From the NCBI RefSeq assembly GCF_037042905.1, contig NC_087251.1:46812001-46876000 (forward strand): 64,000 bases of DNA. The letters run 5' to 3'. Position 1 is the first letter of the stretch; every line of letters starts with the position of its first letter. The notes under the pieces are model-generated. The model was not told the DNA's origin and did not search any database. It saw nothing but the letters and a program-made list of their open reading frames with translations. Position numbers and translations under genes: made by a program. Source of the DNA: Lytechinus pictus. Lineage: Eukaryota. Shown here piece after piece: positions 13,501 to 27,489 of the stretch.

Positions 13501-14026
13501 CAACTTGAGAAAATTTGAACTCTTCACAATATGATAATACAAATGTCAACATTCATCTGTCTTTGGATTAAATGAAAAAGTGGAATACTAGTACTCGACC
13601 CAGTGAAAATGAATTACAAACTGAGTGCGTCCTAAATTCGTAGATGGCGTTGTTTGGAATAAAGGTCAAGGGAACATTTGGTCCTGCATCTTTGCTATAT
13701 CGTACGATTATTGTACGAATTCACGATCACCGTAGCCTCTGCGATTTGGTTAAACTTTAGCGTGTATTTATACGAATTTCCGTATAGGATCGTAGCCTTT
13801 AAACACATCGTACGATCAATAAACTACATCATGGGAAATGGGTATCGTACGATCTATATGCAATTTCCGAGAATAATGTTACTGTCATATCAGAGCAAAA
13901 AAGCTCGATCTCAAGACCTTTGTACGATCTCGGTGCGGTCTCTGTTTGACTTTGTCTTTGGCCCTACACAAAGTCTAAAACATGAATGCGTATATACGGT
14001 GGTTCGTTGCCCTCTAAAATCGTTAA

Positions 14027-14490
14027 AGTGGAAGTTCACCCTGACAAAAGTTTATTATAAAAATAGCAGAAAAATGATAACAAATATTGCCGAAGTTTTG
14101 AGAAAAATCCATCAAAGAATTAAAAAAGCTATAGGAATTTGAAATTATTTATTTGTACCTCATGTGCGAGTAGCTTCCCTACATATCGTATGGTAAAACA
14201 TTAATGAAATGTCATTTTCTCAGAAAATTGAAAATGATTTTTTACTGTGCCTTAAGTATTTAATAAACAAATTATTTCACACCCCCGTTCCTTAAAAAAG
14301 AAAACAAAATAAGTCATCACGAACCATTAAAAAATTTAAATTTATGCATTCTATATTACATTACAAATGGGGCCTAATTATTTTCTTAATCTTTCATGTA
14401 TTTTCTTCAAACCACCAATATTTTTTCATTATTTTTTTTTCTGCTATTTTTTACAACAAACTTTTCTTCAGGGTGAACTTTTAATTTTAA
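14027..14490. mobile_element. TTAA-flanked non-autonomous DNA transposon (Kolobok/piggyBac-like MITE)
   Basis: ttaaagtggaagttcaccctgacaaaagtt ... aacttttcttcagggtgaactttt..ttaa inverted ends. Confidence 0.65.
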
Positions 14491-15162
14491 TTATCCATCA
14501 CATGATGACAAATGTAACTAGGCATAAAAGATAAATTCAGTGTAATTAGTCTCAATCGTATATGCTTCTCTAATAGGTGAACGTAAGCGATACGTCTGAT
14601 CTGGCGAAGACTACGCATTGTGAATGCGTAACGCAGCCACAGTGCGTAGTCCTGATAATTGATGCGAGCGCAAAGCACGAGCCAAAAAATGTGATATTTC
14701 TAACCTCAAATGTATTATGTTTCACTTCAAAAAATGTATGATACATTTTGAAAAAGGGGCACTTTCCATTTTGAAAAAGGACATTTTTTCTAAAGGGGGA
14801 TGTTTTTTCGGGGGGAAGTGCCCCCTGCCCCCCCCTGATCCGCCGCCCCTTAATCAAGAGAAGTATAGGCTCATTATCTTAGTTATCCCGGGTTAGTAAA
14901 CAAAATCATCTGATAACCTGGAGTTCGACAGGTCAACATCCAAAAGCCGATTCAGATTGTAATTTAAATCCTTGAAATTTAGAGTTTGGCCAACAAGTAA
15001 AAACAGAATCTTATGACAATTAAATATTTTTACAAATCCTCATTTTTTTTAATCTTCTCTTTACAAGGTGACACAAACTCTTTGTCATTTAATAATATAG
15101 AATTTTATTATCGCATATAAAAAACAAAAAATATATTGCGGCTTGTTTGTTTTATTTCCGTA

Positions 15163-15381
15163 CACAGTAAAAACGCTGTTTAAATTTTTATACAACGCTG
15201 TTTACTATATGAACCTACAGTATTTGTTTAACCGTTTAAACAATCATGTTTAATTTATTGAAGATTAGATATTGAAAATTAAACTTTGTTGCTTGAGATT
15301 TAAACACTTGTTTAAACTGTTTAAACAATTACTGTAAGGTTCATATAGTAAACAGCGTTGTATAATTTTTTTTTTACTGTG
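15163..15381. mobile_element. Palindromic MITE with CACAG...CTGTG ends (related copies at ~21833-22033 and 39757-39934)
   Basis: cacagtaaaaa...ttttactgtg flanked by TA; internal inverted repeat acaacgctgtttactatatgaacc / ggttcatatagtaaacagcgttgt. Confidence 0.85.
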
Positions 15382-15711
15382 TATATAAAATAACAAATAC
15401 AAAGTACATATAATACATACAAAATTTGTATTTAATACATACAAAATTTGTATTTAATACATACAACATGAAATGATAAGATCAAGGTTAAAATACAGGA
15501 ATAAAAGGAAGGAAGAAAGTAAATTATACGGCTGGTAGTCCATATTCAGCTGCAATAATGCATTGCTGCTGGTCTTCCATTTTAATTTTAATTTCGGAGC
15601 CTTTTACTTGCAAAGAGGCTATACGTCAAAGATACGTAGGCATATTTATTTGACATTCTTTCTGCTATATAAAACCCATCTATATACATAGCAAATGTGA
15701 TGTAGAATTAA

Positions 15712-15873
15712 TCCTACCGGCAGTGTCGGGTACCCATGCATCACCTGGGTTGAGTGCGGCACAATGTGGGTAACTTTCTTGCTGAAGGAACACAAACCCT
15801 GGCTGGGCCGATTCGAGCCCACGTCCCTCTTTTTGAAAGAAGAGAGTCGTAACCACTAAACCACGAAGCCCCC
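15712..15873 (-). mobile_element. tRNA-derived SINE, same family as the copy at 24514
   Basis: Reverse complement reads ggggcttcgtggtttagtggttacgactct...gggctcgaatc...ttccttcagcaagaaagttacccacattgtgc..cccaggtg..atgggtacc. Confidence 0.85.
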
Positions 15874-16767
15874 CAAAAAATAATTCTCCAAAATCATTCC
15901 TATACTTTCAAGTTTTCGACATGCACTCTTTAATATTTATTTATGTTTATGTTTATTTAATTTCCAGGAACATGACAACAGTGTATTATGACATGAAAAT
16001 ATCTTTTAAAGGGTCGGAACTTTAAACTACAAAGCACATTTAACAATAAAAACAACAAATAAAATTTATGTTTAAACATATTTAAATCTCTCCACAGTGT
16101 TAGTTCAAATCTATACAAAAAAAGTGGACAGCATGTACGTGGCAGGAGGATTATATAGACAAGAATATGGAAAGGTTTCGCTACATTATATATTTCAGTA
16201 ATCTTTATCAGAAAGTATAAACGTTCCAGTCTTCCAATCAGCATGCAGCGCTTAGAATTCTGAACACTTCCAAAAAAGAGATATATGTCTACACTTATAG
16301 TTCGTCTGACATTATGCCATAAAATAATTATTGCTTCCTCGAATTCTTCTCTCTAATTTGTTCGTTTATTTCCTTGATCATCAGCAAAGAAGGAACAATG
16401 TTATATCCTCTCTTTTAGGGTACATTTTCCAGCAGAAAGAAGATTAAATATTGCTGCATACCGGGCTGCAAAAATGTACCGATGTTCAGGTATTTTGTAG
16501 AGAAGATGACAGTTCTTATACTGGTCCCAAATATTTCTATTTCTATTCCTGTAAGCAGGCGGGATTTTCCCCGTCAGTCGCATAGACCAGCTAATTCGTG
16601 ACAAAGTTAGGGCTACGGCCTGTACTGACCTCTCGCGTCGGGTAGACAAGCACTGACGGGGGAAAAAAATCGCGACCCGGGCTAAAGATGTAACTTATAT
16701 GTTATTTAATATAATATCTTGGTGTTTTTCAATTTTGTGGCTTTGTGTGCACACTTTCTGAGATTCT

Positions 16768-17079
16768 TCAGAACAGGAGCATTCCATATGATGGTGACAC
16801 GTTCTCATTCGCCGACCAGCTGTTATCGTTTCGAGTGTGAACAGGGACGTAACTGGATACCGGTAATGGCGGTGCTACCAAAGCCCCCATTCCAATAAAA
16901 CGGACCACTCTCCCCAGATGCTTGCCAAGTGACTTTCCAACCTGAGAAGATATTGCAATATTGAAACAAATAAGAATGATAAAAATCAGTTTTATTGCAG
17001 TAGTAGTAGTATATAGTATGGGCAAAGGCCCGTTGAAAGTACGTAGTAGTAGTAGTAGAAGTAGTAGTAGTAGTAGTAA

Positions 17080-17136
<57 letters not shown>

Positions 17137-17269
17137 CAGTGGCGTACCTAGGATTTTCCACAGGGGGGGGGGGCAAAATCGGCCGCCAAAAAAATTGACA
17201 AGCAAAAAAAAAAAAAAAGGTCTTCAATCAAAAATAAAGGTTATTGTACCAGAAAAAAAATTGACAAGC

Positions 17270-17302
<33 letters not shown>

Positions 17303-20300
17303 TCTTCAAGCTCGTCAGGGGGGGGGGGGGCAATAAAGGTCTTCAAGCTCGTCAGGGGGGGGGGGCATAAAAGGTCTTTCAAGTTCGTCAGGGGGGCAGA
17401 TATGTATTGTGTATGGGTTGTGGCTCGTCAGGGGGGGCAGAGTGCTGCCCCCCCCGTAGGTACGCTAGTGAGTAGTAGTAGTAATAGTAGTAGAAGTAGT
17501 AATAGTAGTAATAGAAGTAGATGAAGTAGTATATACAGTGCGTATAAAAAAAGTTTACACTTTGAAAAAGACCTGCATGGGAATTAAAAATATACAACAT
17601 GCAGATAATTTTTTCACATAATAATCTTGGGTTTGGGTCTCATCTATCCAATGAAAGTAAAAGTTTTGACAGAATGTTACACTTGAGTGAGGACTGTCCA
17701 TTTTTGTAAAGCTCGCAGAAATCTGTTTGCGCAGAAATGCTCGTTTTTACGCTGTGTCATGGGGAAAGGGCAAGATCAAACTTACCCTGCGAAACATTTC
17801 TCATACATTTCCCTTGCACTTTTAGTCAATTGAAATAAAACGGATACATTCAAGCATTTTGTAACAATTTTGCCACCCAAATTGAAATTTCAACACTTAG
17901 TAAGCACGACCTTTTCCCTGTTTGTGCCAGCTGGATCTGAGGAAATAAATGAATCTGAACAAAAGTTTATATCAGACATCTCCAGCATTTTTTCACTAAG
18001 TTTTTATCATTTAAAGTGGGTTTACATTTAATTTTTCATTTACTTCTTGTTTCTTCACACTTTTTCCAAGCTTGACAATGATTAACAAAATGAAAATCAA
18101 GCCTTAGCCATTTCATGTAAATCACAGCTCAGTGTAAAGCAATGATATCGTCACGATGGCCTCGGTGTGTGGGGGAGTGGGGTGGGGCGCAATGCACTCT
18201 TCGAAATGTTTTGGACAAGGAAACTAGTTAAAAAAAGGTAAAAGATATCTTCAAATCAATTTACTAGCTAAATTCCACGTGTTCCTCATGATTAAGGTCT
18301 ACTTTTATTCGCATAACTATTTCAAAGTTCTGCGCAAATCATTTTTCACTAACTTTTCAAAAGTGAGTGGTGCTCACTCAAGCGGAAATTTTTTTCGACA
18401 ATTATCGTTTTTATTTTTCATAAATGGATCTGTACCAATGTTGAAATGTGGAAAAATCTTAAAGATATTACAAATGTATAATTTTACAGGATTTTTTCAA
18501 AGTGTTAACTTTTTTTGATACGCACTGTATAGCAGTTTGTCGCTCGTTTTACGAGTTGACCATTGAGTTCTATATAAATTATAGTCTTCTTTTAAATATC
18601 AAATTCTCATGGTCATATCAACTCCACCACCTCATTTGACCTGACGAAAGTTTGCAACAAGTCAAATTTGGGTACGCCATTATGTTTAAATATGGGGGCA
18701 CAGGGAAAGGGGCACCTTTTGTTTCGAAAAACAAATAAAAAATGATTAATTTACTCCACTCACATGACTCATGAAACTTAAGGCAAATAGGATTATTCTT
18801 ACAAATTTTGTTTCCTTCATAAGAAGTAACATGTAAAAATTAGAATATTGTTTTCTTGTTTCTAAAAATTTTCATACGGCATTTAATTAGAGGTTAAAAG
18901 GGATGAATTTCATTATCAAAAGAAAAAGAAGTAGCGAAAGGGGTAAATCATATTTTGAAAGGAATTATGCGATTAAAGGATGCACTTGCAGAAAGAAGAA
19001 GAATGCTAAATTAAGATACCGGGCGCTCATCGGGCACGAGGTTAAGGACACCTTATCTGACATGAAGAACAGGCACCTCTGAGAAGGCAAAGGGGCACTC
19101 GTTAATACATTAAATGGGGCCTTCTCAGGTGAAAGGGACACAAAACATGTTTGTGGGGGCACTTTTCTTGGGTAAAAGGGGGCACTGATATACGAGAAAA
19201 GGCACTTTGTAACACACAAAACAGGTCCTTCTCAGGTGAAAGGGACACAGAACACGTTCGAGAGGGGGCATTTTTTGTAAAAATTGGCACTTATACGAGA
19301 AAGGACGCTTGGTATAACACCTAAAATGGGTCCTCTTTAGGTAAAAGGGGGCACAGCACACGTTCGTGAGGGGGCATTTTTCTTGCGTAAAAAAGGGCAC
19401 TTTTAAGTGCTTCAAAAAGTGGGGGTGGCACTGTGCCCCCGGCCCCCAGGGTCACCGCCCGTGGTATAAAGTTTCGCTGTCCTTTAGTCACGTTTCCGTC
19501 ACAATTGTCACTCCTACTTTGGTCATTGGGTCTTGTATGACATCAAATCAAATCAAATTGAACTTAAGAATTCATCGAAGTTAGATTTTAGACACATCCA
19601 AACTATATGCCTTAAATAATCTGCGGACAATAATTACCATGAGTAATATAGTCATGATAAAGAACATTGTCATCATTTAAGAAATAAGTGTGATATCTAC
19701 TTTTACACAGTATACAATTTTCACAAGTAGATCGAGGTTAGATGCCTGCATGCGGCATGATAACATTTGCATTCACGTGACATTACAAACGGGAAATATC
19801 AGTAGATAATTGTTTTTCGATATGAGGCTTCCAGTGTAATTTATTATCAAAGAGAACATCCCAAAATCTGGTAATTGAAACATTAAAAAAAAAGAATAGG
19901 TCTTGTAGAGTATTGATTTTGTTACTGAAGAGCATATGATTTGTCTTCCGATAGTTGAATGAAAGCTTGTTGGCTTTATCCAGTCTGTAACATTTGTTAG
20001 TTGACATCATCATGGGAAAAAAATATTGGAATCGTCAGGGAAAAGTATAAATGAGTGCAAATTAGATATATTTTGAATGATAATAATATAACGAATAAAA
20101 AGGAAGCGCGACAAAGGATTACTTTTAGGAGGATACATTCATACAATAGATGTGCTTTGATCCAAAAGGGCATTGCACTTTTAGTTCACTGAGTATATAC
20201 AAGCTGACATCAACCTGGTATAATTCTGTCACAATAAAAATTTCTTTTTTTGATATTGTACATAATTTCTTGTTGCAATGCAAATCCTTCCAATATCATG

Positions 20301-21458
20301 TTCTCACATATCCACTAAAGCCATGAATAGAATAATTATTCATCAAGCAATGTTTTGATTGACGTTATGGCGAATGTTGCAACGTCTCACCCGATGGAGT
20401 ATACTCCATTATGTACATAAAGTATGTAAAGTTTAAAAAAAAGTTAACACGTATAACAGAAAATTGTAAATAGTAAATGTATTTAAAATAAATATGAAAT
20501 TTGCCCCACGTTTTCAATCTGAAGACATTTGATTGATTGATTTTATTTTATTTCTGCATTCTAGATAAATATGCAACATAACATCTAGGTGACACATTTA
20601 AGTTTTACAAAACAATAAAGCAATAGTCATAATAAAGCAATGAAAAATATATATCAACAAGAAGCAATATTCAATTAAAAGAAAAATATCAGTTTAAACG
20701 AATGCAGGAGACCGCCATTGGTCTCCTGCATATTTATTACAATATATTGAAATATTGCAATTGTTTTTAAATTGCCAATGCCCCATATTTATCCATTTAT
20801 GTTTTTTTTTAAAATACAAACAAAAATGTTCCGTGGGATATTAATAGACCCATAAAAATGTACATGCATATTTGATATTGGTAATATATGCTGGTGTCGG
20901 CCGTTTATTGAGAACCAGGTTAACATCAATACATGAAATTCATGCAAAACGACCTACCCTTTTCCAAAAACGATTAGATGAAGTCGGTTCTTGATTCGAG
21001 CTCACACCGTTATTCATACGACAACGTCTCCTTGATCTTCTGCTGTGACATCGACCCCTGCTCTCATCTTTGCCGCCTTTTCCGAATTTGGCGTTTTTAG
21101 TTTGACCGATCGTCTGCGTTGATTCTGTCGATGTCGGTCTCTCCTCTGGTGTCATCAGGTCGTCATCGTTCTCCTTGTCAACGCCTGGTTCTCGATGATC
21201 ATGCAACCCATCTCCGATTCCATCTTCAAGGAAAATCAATACCTTCCCCATTTCTTGGTCCATCCCCATCCTTTCTTCTCCAAACGATGAATCGACCCCG
21301 GCGAGTTTCCAACACTTCGCGTTGATCTCATGCGCTGTTATACCAAGTTCATCAACCAAGCTGCTGTCATCATCAACGGCGATTTCGCGATCAGGCAAAG
21401 GCGATTGTTTCGATGATAATGTTCCAGGAGCTGTACTAGCTGTCGTCGAGAACCTCAT
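16768..21458 (-). CDS. Two-exon orphan gene A (~224 aa): acidic disordered N-terminus, basic patch, amphipathic C-terminal segment
   Basis: Exon 1 21458-20958 (ATG in gcaaaagATG context, ends NRFWKR, donor GTAGGT). Exon 2 16941-16768 (acceptor tcttctcag, VGKSLGKHLGRVVRFIGMGALVAPPLP...SPSYGMLLF*). Both phase 0, GC-rich islands in AT-rich DNA. Confidence 0.72.
17043..17520. mobile_element. (AGT)n microsatellite interrupted by a G-string hAT-like MITE (17137-17470)
   Basis: TIRs cagtggcgtaccta / taggtacgctagtg with AGT repeats on both sides. Confidence 0.8.
17536..18527. mobile_element. Non-autonomous Tc1/mariner-type element
   Basis: TA|CAGTGCGTATaaaaaaagtttacactttgaaaaa ... ttttcaaagtgttaacttttttgATACGCACTG|TA. 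Confidence 0.88.
18680..19465. repeat. Old interspersed element with internal degenerate 'aagggcac' tandem units
   Basis: Repeated aaaagggggcac / ttctcaggtgaaagggacaca motifs ending in a G/C-string (gggggtggcactgtgccccc). Confidence 0.55.
19780..20340 (-). mobile_element. Highly degraded CR1/L2-group LINE RT fragment
   Basis: Minus-strand remnants SFILFPDDSNIFF (decayed FADD motif), ANKLSFN.RKTNHMLF and LFDNKLHWKPHIE. Confidence 0.75.
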
Positions 21459-24400
21459 CTTTTGCTATACTAGCAACTTCAAGACTTGACGGACTGAGGG
21501 TATGTTATAAGCTTATCAGGACCCCTTCGTGCACTTACATAGCGGCCAGTGGTCTTTCTCTCTTTATAGTTATGACTTTTGAACAACAAGATTAATATTG
21601 ACACGAAACGGGTGACTGGTCTATATAGATGAGCAAACTCCAACTGTTTTAACTTGACATGCAGCAAACGACAACCCTGGATGCCATAGTTTTTTTTAAA
21701 TTTCCTGCACAAATAACTGGAAGTGGGATGTGTCATGGCTGGTATGTTTTCCATATTAAGAAAATGTCGGTCTACATACCAAGGAGAGTTCACGGCCGTC
21801 ATTTAGACTCCTGTCAAAATGCAGGCTTTCTACATACAACAGTTTAAAAAAAATACAACGCTGTTTACTATATGAACCTTACAGCAATTGTTTAAACAAC
21901 TGTTTAAATATTAAGCAACAAAGTTTAATTTTCAATAAATTAATAAATTGTTTAAACGGTTAAACAAATACTGTAAGGTTCATATAGTAAACAGCGTTAA
22001 TTGTATAAAATCTTAAACACCGTTTTTACTGTGTACAATCAACATGATTTGTAACATGAATCATCATTCTACGCTTTATGAAGTATATGCAAAATTTAAG
22101 GACTGTCTATACATGGGGGTATATCTGATCTTGTACCGCAAGGTCATACATCCGAACTTTTACATATTTATTTAAGTTTTTTACATTTATTTGAATTATT
22201 AATTAATACATTTATTTCCATGGGACCCCGGGAAGAAAAAAATCGTTATTCATAATCAATCTGAAACGGGTCAGCCCTACGATATAATGTTTTATGTTTT
22301 GTATTACATTCATAGTTATGTATATTTTGTTGATATTTTATGTATTTTTGATAGTGAATAAATCCAATCCAATATTCATTTGATAGAACGCCCTTTCCTT
22401 TCGGTTACAAAGCACTGTGCATTCCATGTTTGGGCCACAAAAACAATAATGCAAACCAAGAAAACCAAACCAAACTTAGAATTTCAGTAATAACACAGCA
22501 TAACTATTTTTCAAATATTCTCCATCGAAGCACGATTATCAATTCTGGTTGTTATCAAAGAGGTAAATTGTGTGGTTAATTCGATTGTTCATGTATACCT
22601 TTCTTGTTAAAAAGCTCAAAGGACATATAACATGAACAAGGTTGTCGTGTGACCTCGGAAGACCTCGGTCATGACCTGAGACTTCCTCGGAGTACTTCCT
22701 GCACGTGAGTTAATTCCGGAGCATACGTACTCTTTTGTTTTCATTTACCAGGGTCAATTTACTCTTTGTCTATATAGAGGCGTCGATCGGGGGGGGGGGT
22801 TGAGGCAGGGAATGTTCGCCCCATGAAAATATTGGGGGCACACGTATCGATATGCCCTCGATAATTTTGAGAACTTGACAAAATCATAATATACAATGTG
22901 AATATATTGTGTTTTGGAAAGCATTGGAAAGCACTTTAAAACCATTAAACTTGGCATAAAGATACTGTTAAACATTAAAAAAAGATCGACGCGCTATACA
23001 AGCGCAAATTGTATTGTGCCCCAAAATTTGTGGACATTTTTCACATTTTCCACCTACCCCCCCCCCCCCCCTCCGAAATATGGATCGATCGCCGCTGCTC
23101 TCTACTATACAATCAGGGGCGTCTTTTAATTAAGAACAAGATATATATCCAACAAAAGATTATTGCAAATCGAAGCGGGAGTTCTTTTGTGGTTTAGAAT
23201 TGAAAACGGAACATTCTATTCACCTATTAAATCATGAAAAGTATGGGTTTTTGCTACAGAAATGATGACAATTTCTATATTCCTATCTGAAAAGCGGACA
23301 TTAGTGAGCACGATCATAAATAAAGAACGAGTTGTGTATCTCAATCTCACTTGCTGATGTCTGTGTAACATTACAATCTTATTTTATTTTTGCACCTGCG
23401 GAATTATTGGGGGGGGGGGCAAAACGATATGTTTGCCCCCCCCATATTTTCATTGGTGGGGCGATCGCCCCCCCCCCCAGGATCAACGCCACTGTATACA
23501 ATCAAAATGTATTGATGTATTTCTGATGTATACGATATACTGCTATAAATATTTTTCATGTTATCATTGTATACATTGTAAAATAATATGTTCATGTCAA
23601 GTGAATGAATTTTGTTAATAAATTCAAATTCAACATAGCATGAAACAGAGCTACTACATACAGGAACAGAACTCAAGCAGGCAAGCATGAATTCTCGCTC
23701 AAAAATTGTGGATTGTACTTTAAAATGAATTTCAATTTTCCAGCAACGCTCATCATAATGGTTGTAGACATCATTTCTCCAAGATACTTACCGGTTGTGC
23801 TACTGATGTTACTAAAAATAATTTAACAGGAAAAATAAAGGTTGGTGATAGCGTTGTATCTGTAAATTCTAGCATCTGAGTCATCCAATCATTCATCATG
23901 CCTAGCCGTTGTAGTAGACTATTTGGACTCAAAGCATTATAATCGGAAACAAAGATTCAAGACACATGATTATTCAGTTAAAAAGTACAATTATCATATA
24001 CTATATGTAACCTCAATAGTTTGAGTATTGCCCTTTTTCTTTCGGAAAACAATTCCCTCTGACGAGAAGTGTCCCACTTTTAACACCAAGTGTGTAGAGT
24101 GCGTCTGTTCGGACTGAGATTTTTCTTTCTTTCACTGCTTGTCTTTTTTTTTTTTTTTTTTTTTTTCTTGGCTTGTCAAAAAAGGAGTAAAGCGACAAAA
24201 TTTTATTTTTACACAAACCATCTTATATGAAACCATGGCTCAATCATATATTGTCTTTTTTTCCTTCGTATACATATTGCTCTATTCAACCAGGAAATAA
24301 AATCTGACAATGATGGGCTTGATGTCTATCAATCGGCGTTGACTTATCACTTGAACTTCAAAGGGGGATGTTCAATATTTTGACTGTCGTGATTTTCCGA

Positions 24401-24513
24401 TCAAAGGTCTAGTGCCCGTGTCTATTTGACTCCATTTCAAATTAATCGTAAGTACACGTATATGGGAAAGTTTGTAAGGGGGAAAAATCTGACACGTGTG
24501 AACGCATATAAAT

Positions 24514-26180
24514 AGGGGCGCCGTGGTCTAGTGGTTAAGACTCTGTCTTTCAGTCTGAGGGACGTGGGTTCGATTCCAAACCAGGTTGTGCCTTCCTTCA
24601 GCAAGAAATTTACCCACAATGTGCTGCAAACAACCCAGGTGAGGTTAATGGGTACCGGCAGGAAGTAATTCCTCAAAAAGCCGTGAGCACCGGCAGTGGC
24701 GTATCGTGGGTCACGGCATTGGGGGGGGGGCACCAGCAAAAATTTTGAGTCACTAGGTGAACGCGCGCTCAGTTGCCAGGTATTCTGACCTTACAGATAC
24801 ATTTTAAGGACAGTGCCATTAAACGGATATGTATCTCGCTGATCAAATAATGCGAGCGCGAAGCGCGAGCTCAAATTTTGTTATATTCAGACCTAAAAAG
24901 GGACATTATTTTTATCAAATATTTGTAATCATGACACGTACCTGTCTTGCTAAGCAATGCGAGCGCGAAGTGCGAGCTGAAAAATTTGTATATAATGACC
25001 TCAAACAGGGAGATTTTAAGGACTATATTTTAGAAATCCATTAAGAGTATACATATCTCACCATAGTCATCTAATCCGAGTGCAAAGCTCTTGCTGATTT
25101 TGTTAGAATTACATCTTAACACATTGAGCACTTGTAGTCATTGTAATCATGATTATTAGCATACGCATCTCACTAATCAAATATTGCGAGCGCGAAGCAC
25201 GAGCTGAAAATTTAGGAAATTCAGACCTGAAGAGGAGCATTCTAAGGCTTGTTTGTAGGAATTCACTAAGACCATACATATTTCACTAACCAATCAATTC
25301 GAGCGCGAAGCGCGAGCTAAATTTTTTTTTTATATTCAGACCTAAAAAGGGATATTAATTTTTTCAAATTTTTGTAATCATGATAAGTACCTGTCTCGCT
25401 ACACAATGCGAGCGCGAAGCGCGAGCTGAAATTTTAGGAAATTTAGATCTGACGTGGGGCATTCTAAGGCTTATTTGTACGAATTCACTAAGACCATACG
25501 TATTTCACTCACCAAATGATGCGAGCGCGAAGCGCGAGCTGAAATTTTTTTGATATTCAGATCAGAAAAAGGGACATTTTAAGGACTGATTCTAGGAATT
25601 CATGGAGAGCAGACATATCTCACCAATCCACTAATGCGAACGTAAACACGGTCAGGAATTTTTTTATATTAAGACCTTAAAATGGGGCAATCACTTTAAG
25701 TAGTCATGAAAAAGAAGCATACTATTGTACATATACAACAATTATATCTCGAAGTGCGAGGAAATATATTTGGTGTATATTGACTTGAAAACGGGAGGTT
25801 TTGGTACAACCGGATTATATATCTCGTTAAACAGACAACGCGAGCACCAGGAACAATGAAGACATAGGCCCTGAGCAAATTATGTTTCATAAAGTTATGA
25901 AAAAATGTTTCTTATGTAATATAACATAACATAATTATAATATAATGTAACATTATAATAACCAATAATTTCTTCTTTCCAATCACGTTTCTCTTCCTTT
26001 CTCCCTCTTTTTCTCATTTTCCCAGTTTTTTTTTGTCAGCCGATTGGGGGGGGGGGGTCACGTGCCCTGAGCACCGAAATCGGTAAACTAGCTTAGCCGG
26101 GGTAACATAGGAGCGGCTTGAGCACCTAACAAGGTGGATATACGTGCGCAATGAATAAAAGATAAATAAATAAAAATAAA
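24514..26180 (+). mobile_element. tRNA-derived SINE (24514-24692, resuming 26068-~26180) interrupted by a G-string element
   Basis: A-box tggtctagtgg, B-box ggttcgattcc, central cccaggtg..aatgggtacc; 3' part with A-rich tail after 26076; tgagcaccg present on both sides of the insertion. Confidence 0.8.
24693..26067 (+). mobile_element. G-string DNA element with an internal ~115-125-bp tandem array containing gcgagcgcgaagcgcgagc
   Basis: Begins cagtggcgtatcg..G-run. Motif recurs at ~24852, 24958, 25186, 25300, 25408 and 25521. A related copy lies in opposite orientation at ~45850-46315. Confidence 0.8.
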
Positions 26181-26229
26181 CAAATAATAAGAAGAATAAA
26201 TGATTGGGGTCCGACCACTTGACCGAAGA

Positions 26230-27022
26230 CCCGCGAGACCGACTTTTTTTTTTCTTCATCAGGTGCCGAGTGGTTTAAGGCGCCTCGTTTGTGGAGGTGC
26301 AGGGAGGGGGAGTGTCCCCCGCGAGAATCAAGCGTGGAAGCTCCGGCGTTCCTGTGAATCGTTCCTTGTCTGCTCCCGCTCATCTTGATACGTCCTCTGC
26401 CTGTTTTCGGGGGGGGGGGGGTAGAGCCAAAATAATTCCCGGTAACTAAGTCCAGAAGGATTTCATTTTAGGGGGCGGTAGTGAGCAAGCGGGAGGGGAA
26501 AAACTCCCCTTTTGATATGGAGCGCCTTTCGCGCGCTCATCATTAAGTGTTTCGCACACTTCTCGTGCTCACTACCGCCCCCTAAAATGAAATCCTAGCA
26601 AAGCCACTGATTCTGGACATAGTTACCGGGATTTTTTGCTCTGCCCCCCCCCCCTCCAATAACAGGCAGAGGACGTATTAAGATGAGCGAGAGCAGATAA
26701 GGAACAATTCAAATGAACGTCGGACCTTCCGCGCTTCTCGCGGGGTTGGGGTACACTCCCCTCCCTGCACCCCACCCCCCCCCCCCGGAACGCGCTTCCC
26801 GTGCTCACTACTGCCCCCTGAACTGATCAAATTCAAATTCAAAAGTTTATTGATATACAATCCTGATCATGCGACTAATTCTAGACGGAATTACTGGGAA
26901 ATATTTGGCTCTGCCCCCCTCCCCCTCTGATAACAGGCACCTGTTACGCCGCTGCAACGAGGCGCCTTAAACCACTCGACCGCGGCGCACCCGATGAAGG
27001 GGAACAAAATCGGTCTCGCGGG
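26230..27022. mobile_element. Composite palindromic (foldback) element with nested inverted repeats
   Basis: cccgcgagaccga..cgagtggtttaaggcgcctcgtt vs aacgaggcgccttaaaccactcg..tcggtctcgcggg; further inverted pairs at ~26300-26450 / 26620-26770 and 26458-26490 / 26566-26597. Confidence 0.75.
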
Positions 27023-27489
27023 CTGTCAACTATAGTTATAATCAATTTCTGTATATTACTAATACTGCACTGATCACCAAGAACGAATGAAGATATTCAA
27101 TCCTTTTTGTTTGTTTGGTCACATCAAAACCCTACTATAGGGTTTGGGTGTGGGTTTGGGTTTGGGGGGCAAATTAGGGGTGGTGCCACTAAAAAGGGGC
27201 AGGGGTGATCATCCTCCAATGATATTTCAAGTAGTGATAAAAATAGGGGAAAAGGGAGGGAAAGGAAGGAAAAGAGGGAAATAAGACAAGAAATATTACA
27301 AGGAAAGGTCTGCATGGGCCGATAATTCTATAATTCAATTTTTAAAAGAAAATATGACGTCAATTTTAGACCGTCTTGCCCCCCCCCCCCCCCCCATCAA
27401 AATACATTGCTGCCCCTGTACACCATAATGGCTTAGTGCTAGTCCAATTCGTCTACTCATCATGTCATCTAATAACTAGTTGGTTCAAT

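Noticed and set aside
13678..14142. 154-aa ORF
   Set aside because: It spans degenerate repeat sequence and the start of a TTAA MITE; no ATG start, domain or splice support.
16823..17600. Long ORFs with poly-S/T/L/K tracts
   Set aside because: They arise from (AGT)n plus a MITE; only 16768-16941 on the minus strand is a credible exon.
24514..24590. tRNA gene-like sequences (also at 12239, 15800, 42269 and 58121)
   Set aside because: A/B boxes are followed by shared SINE body sequence and the cloverleaf pairing is poor; they are SINE heads.
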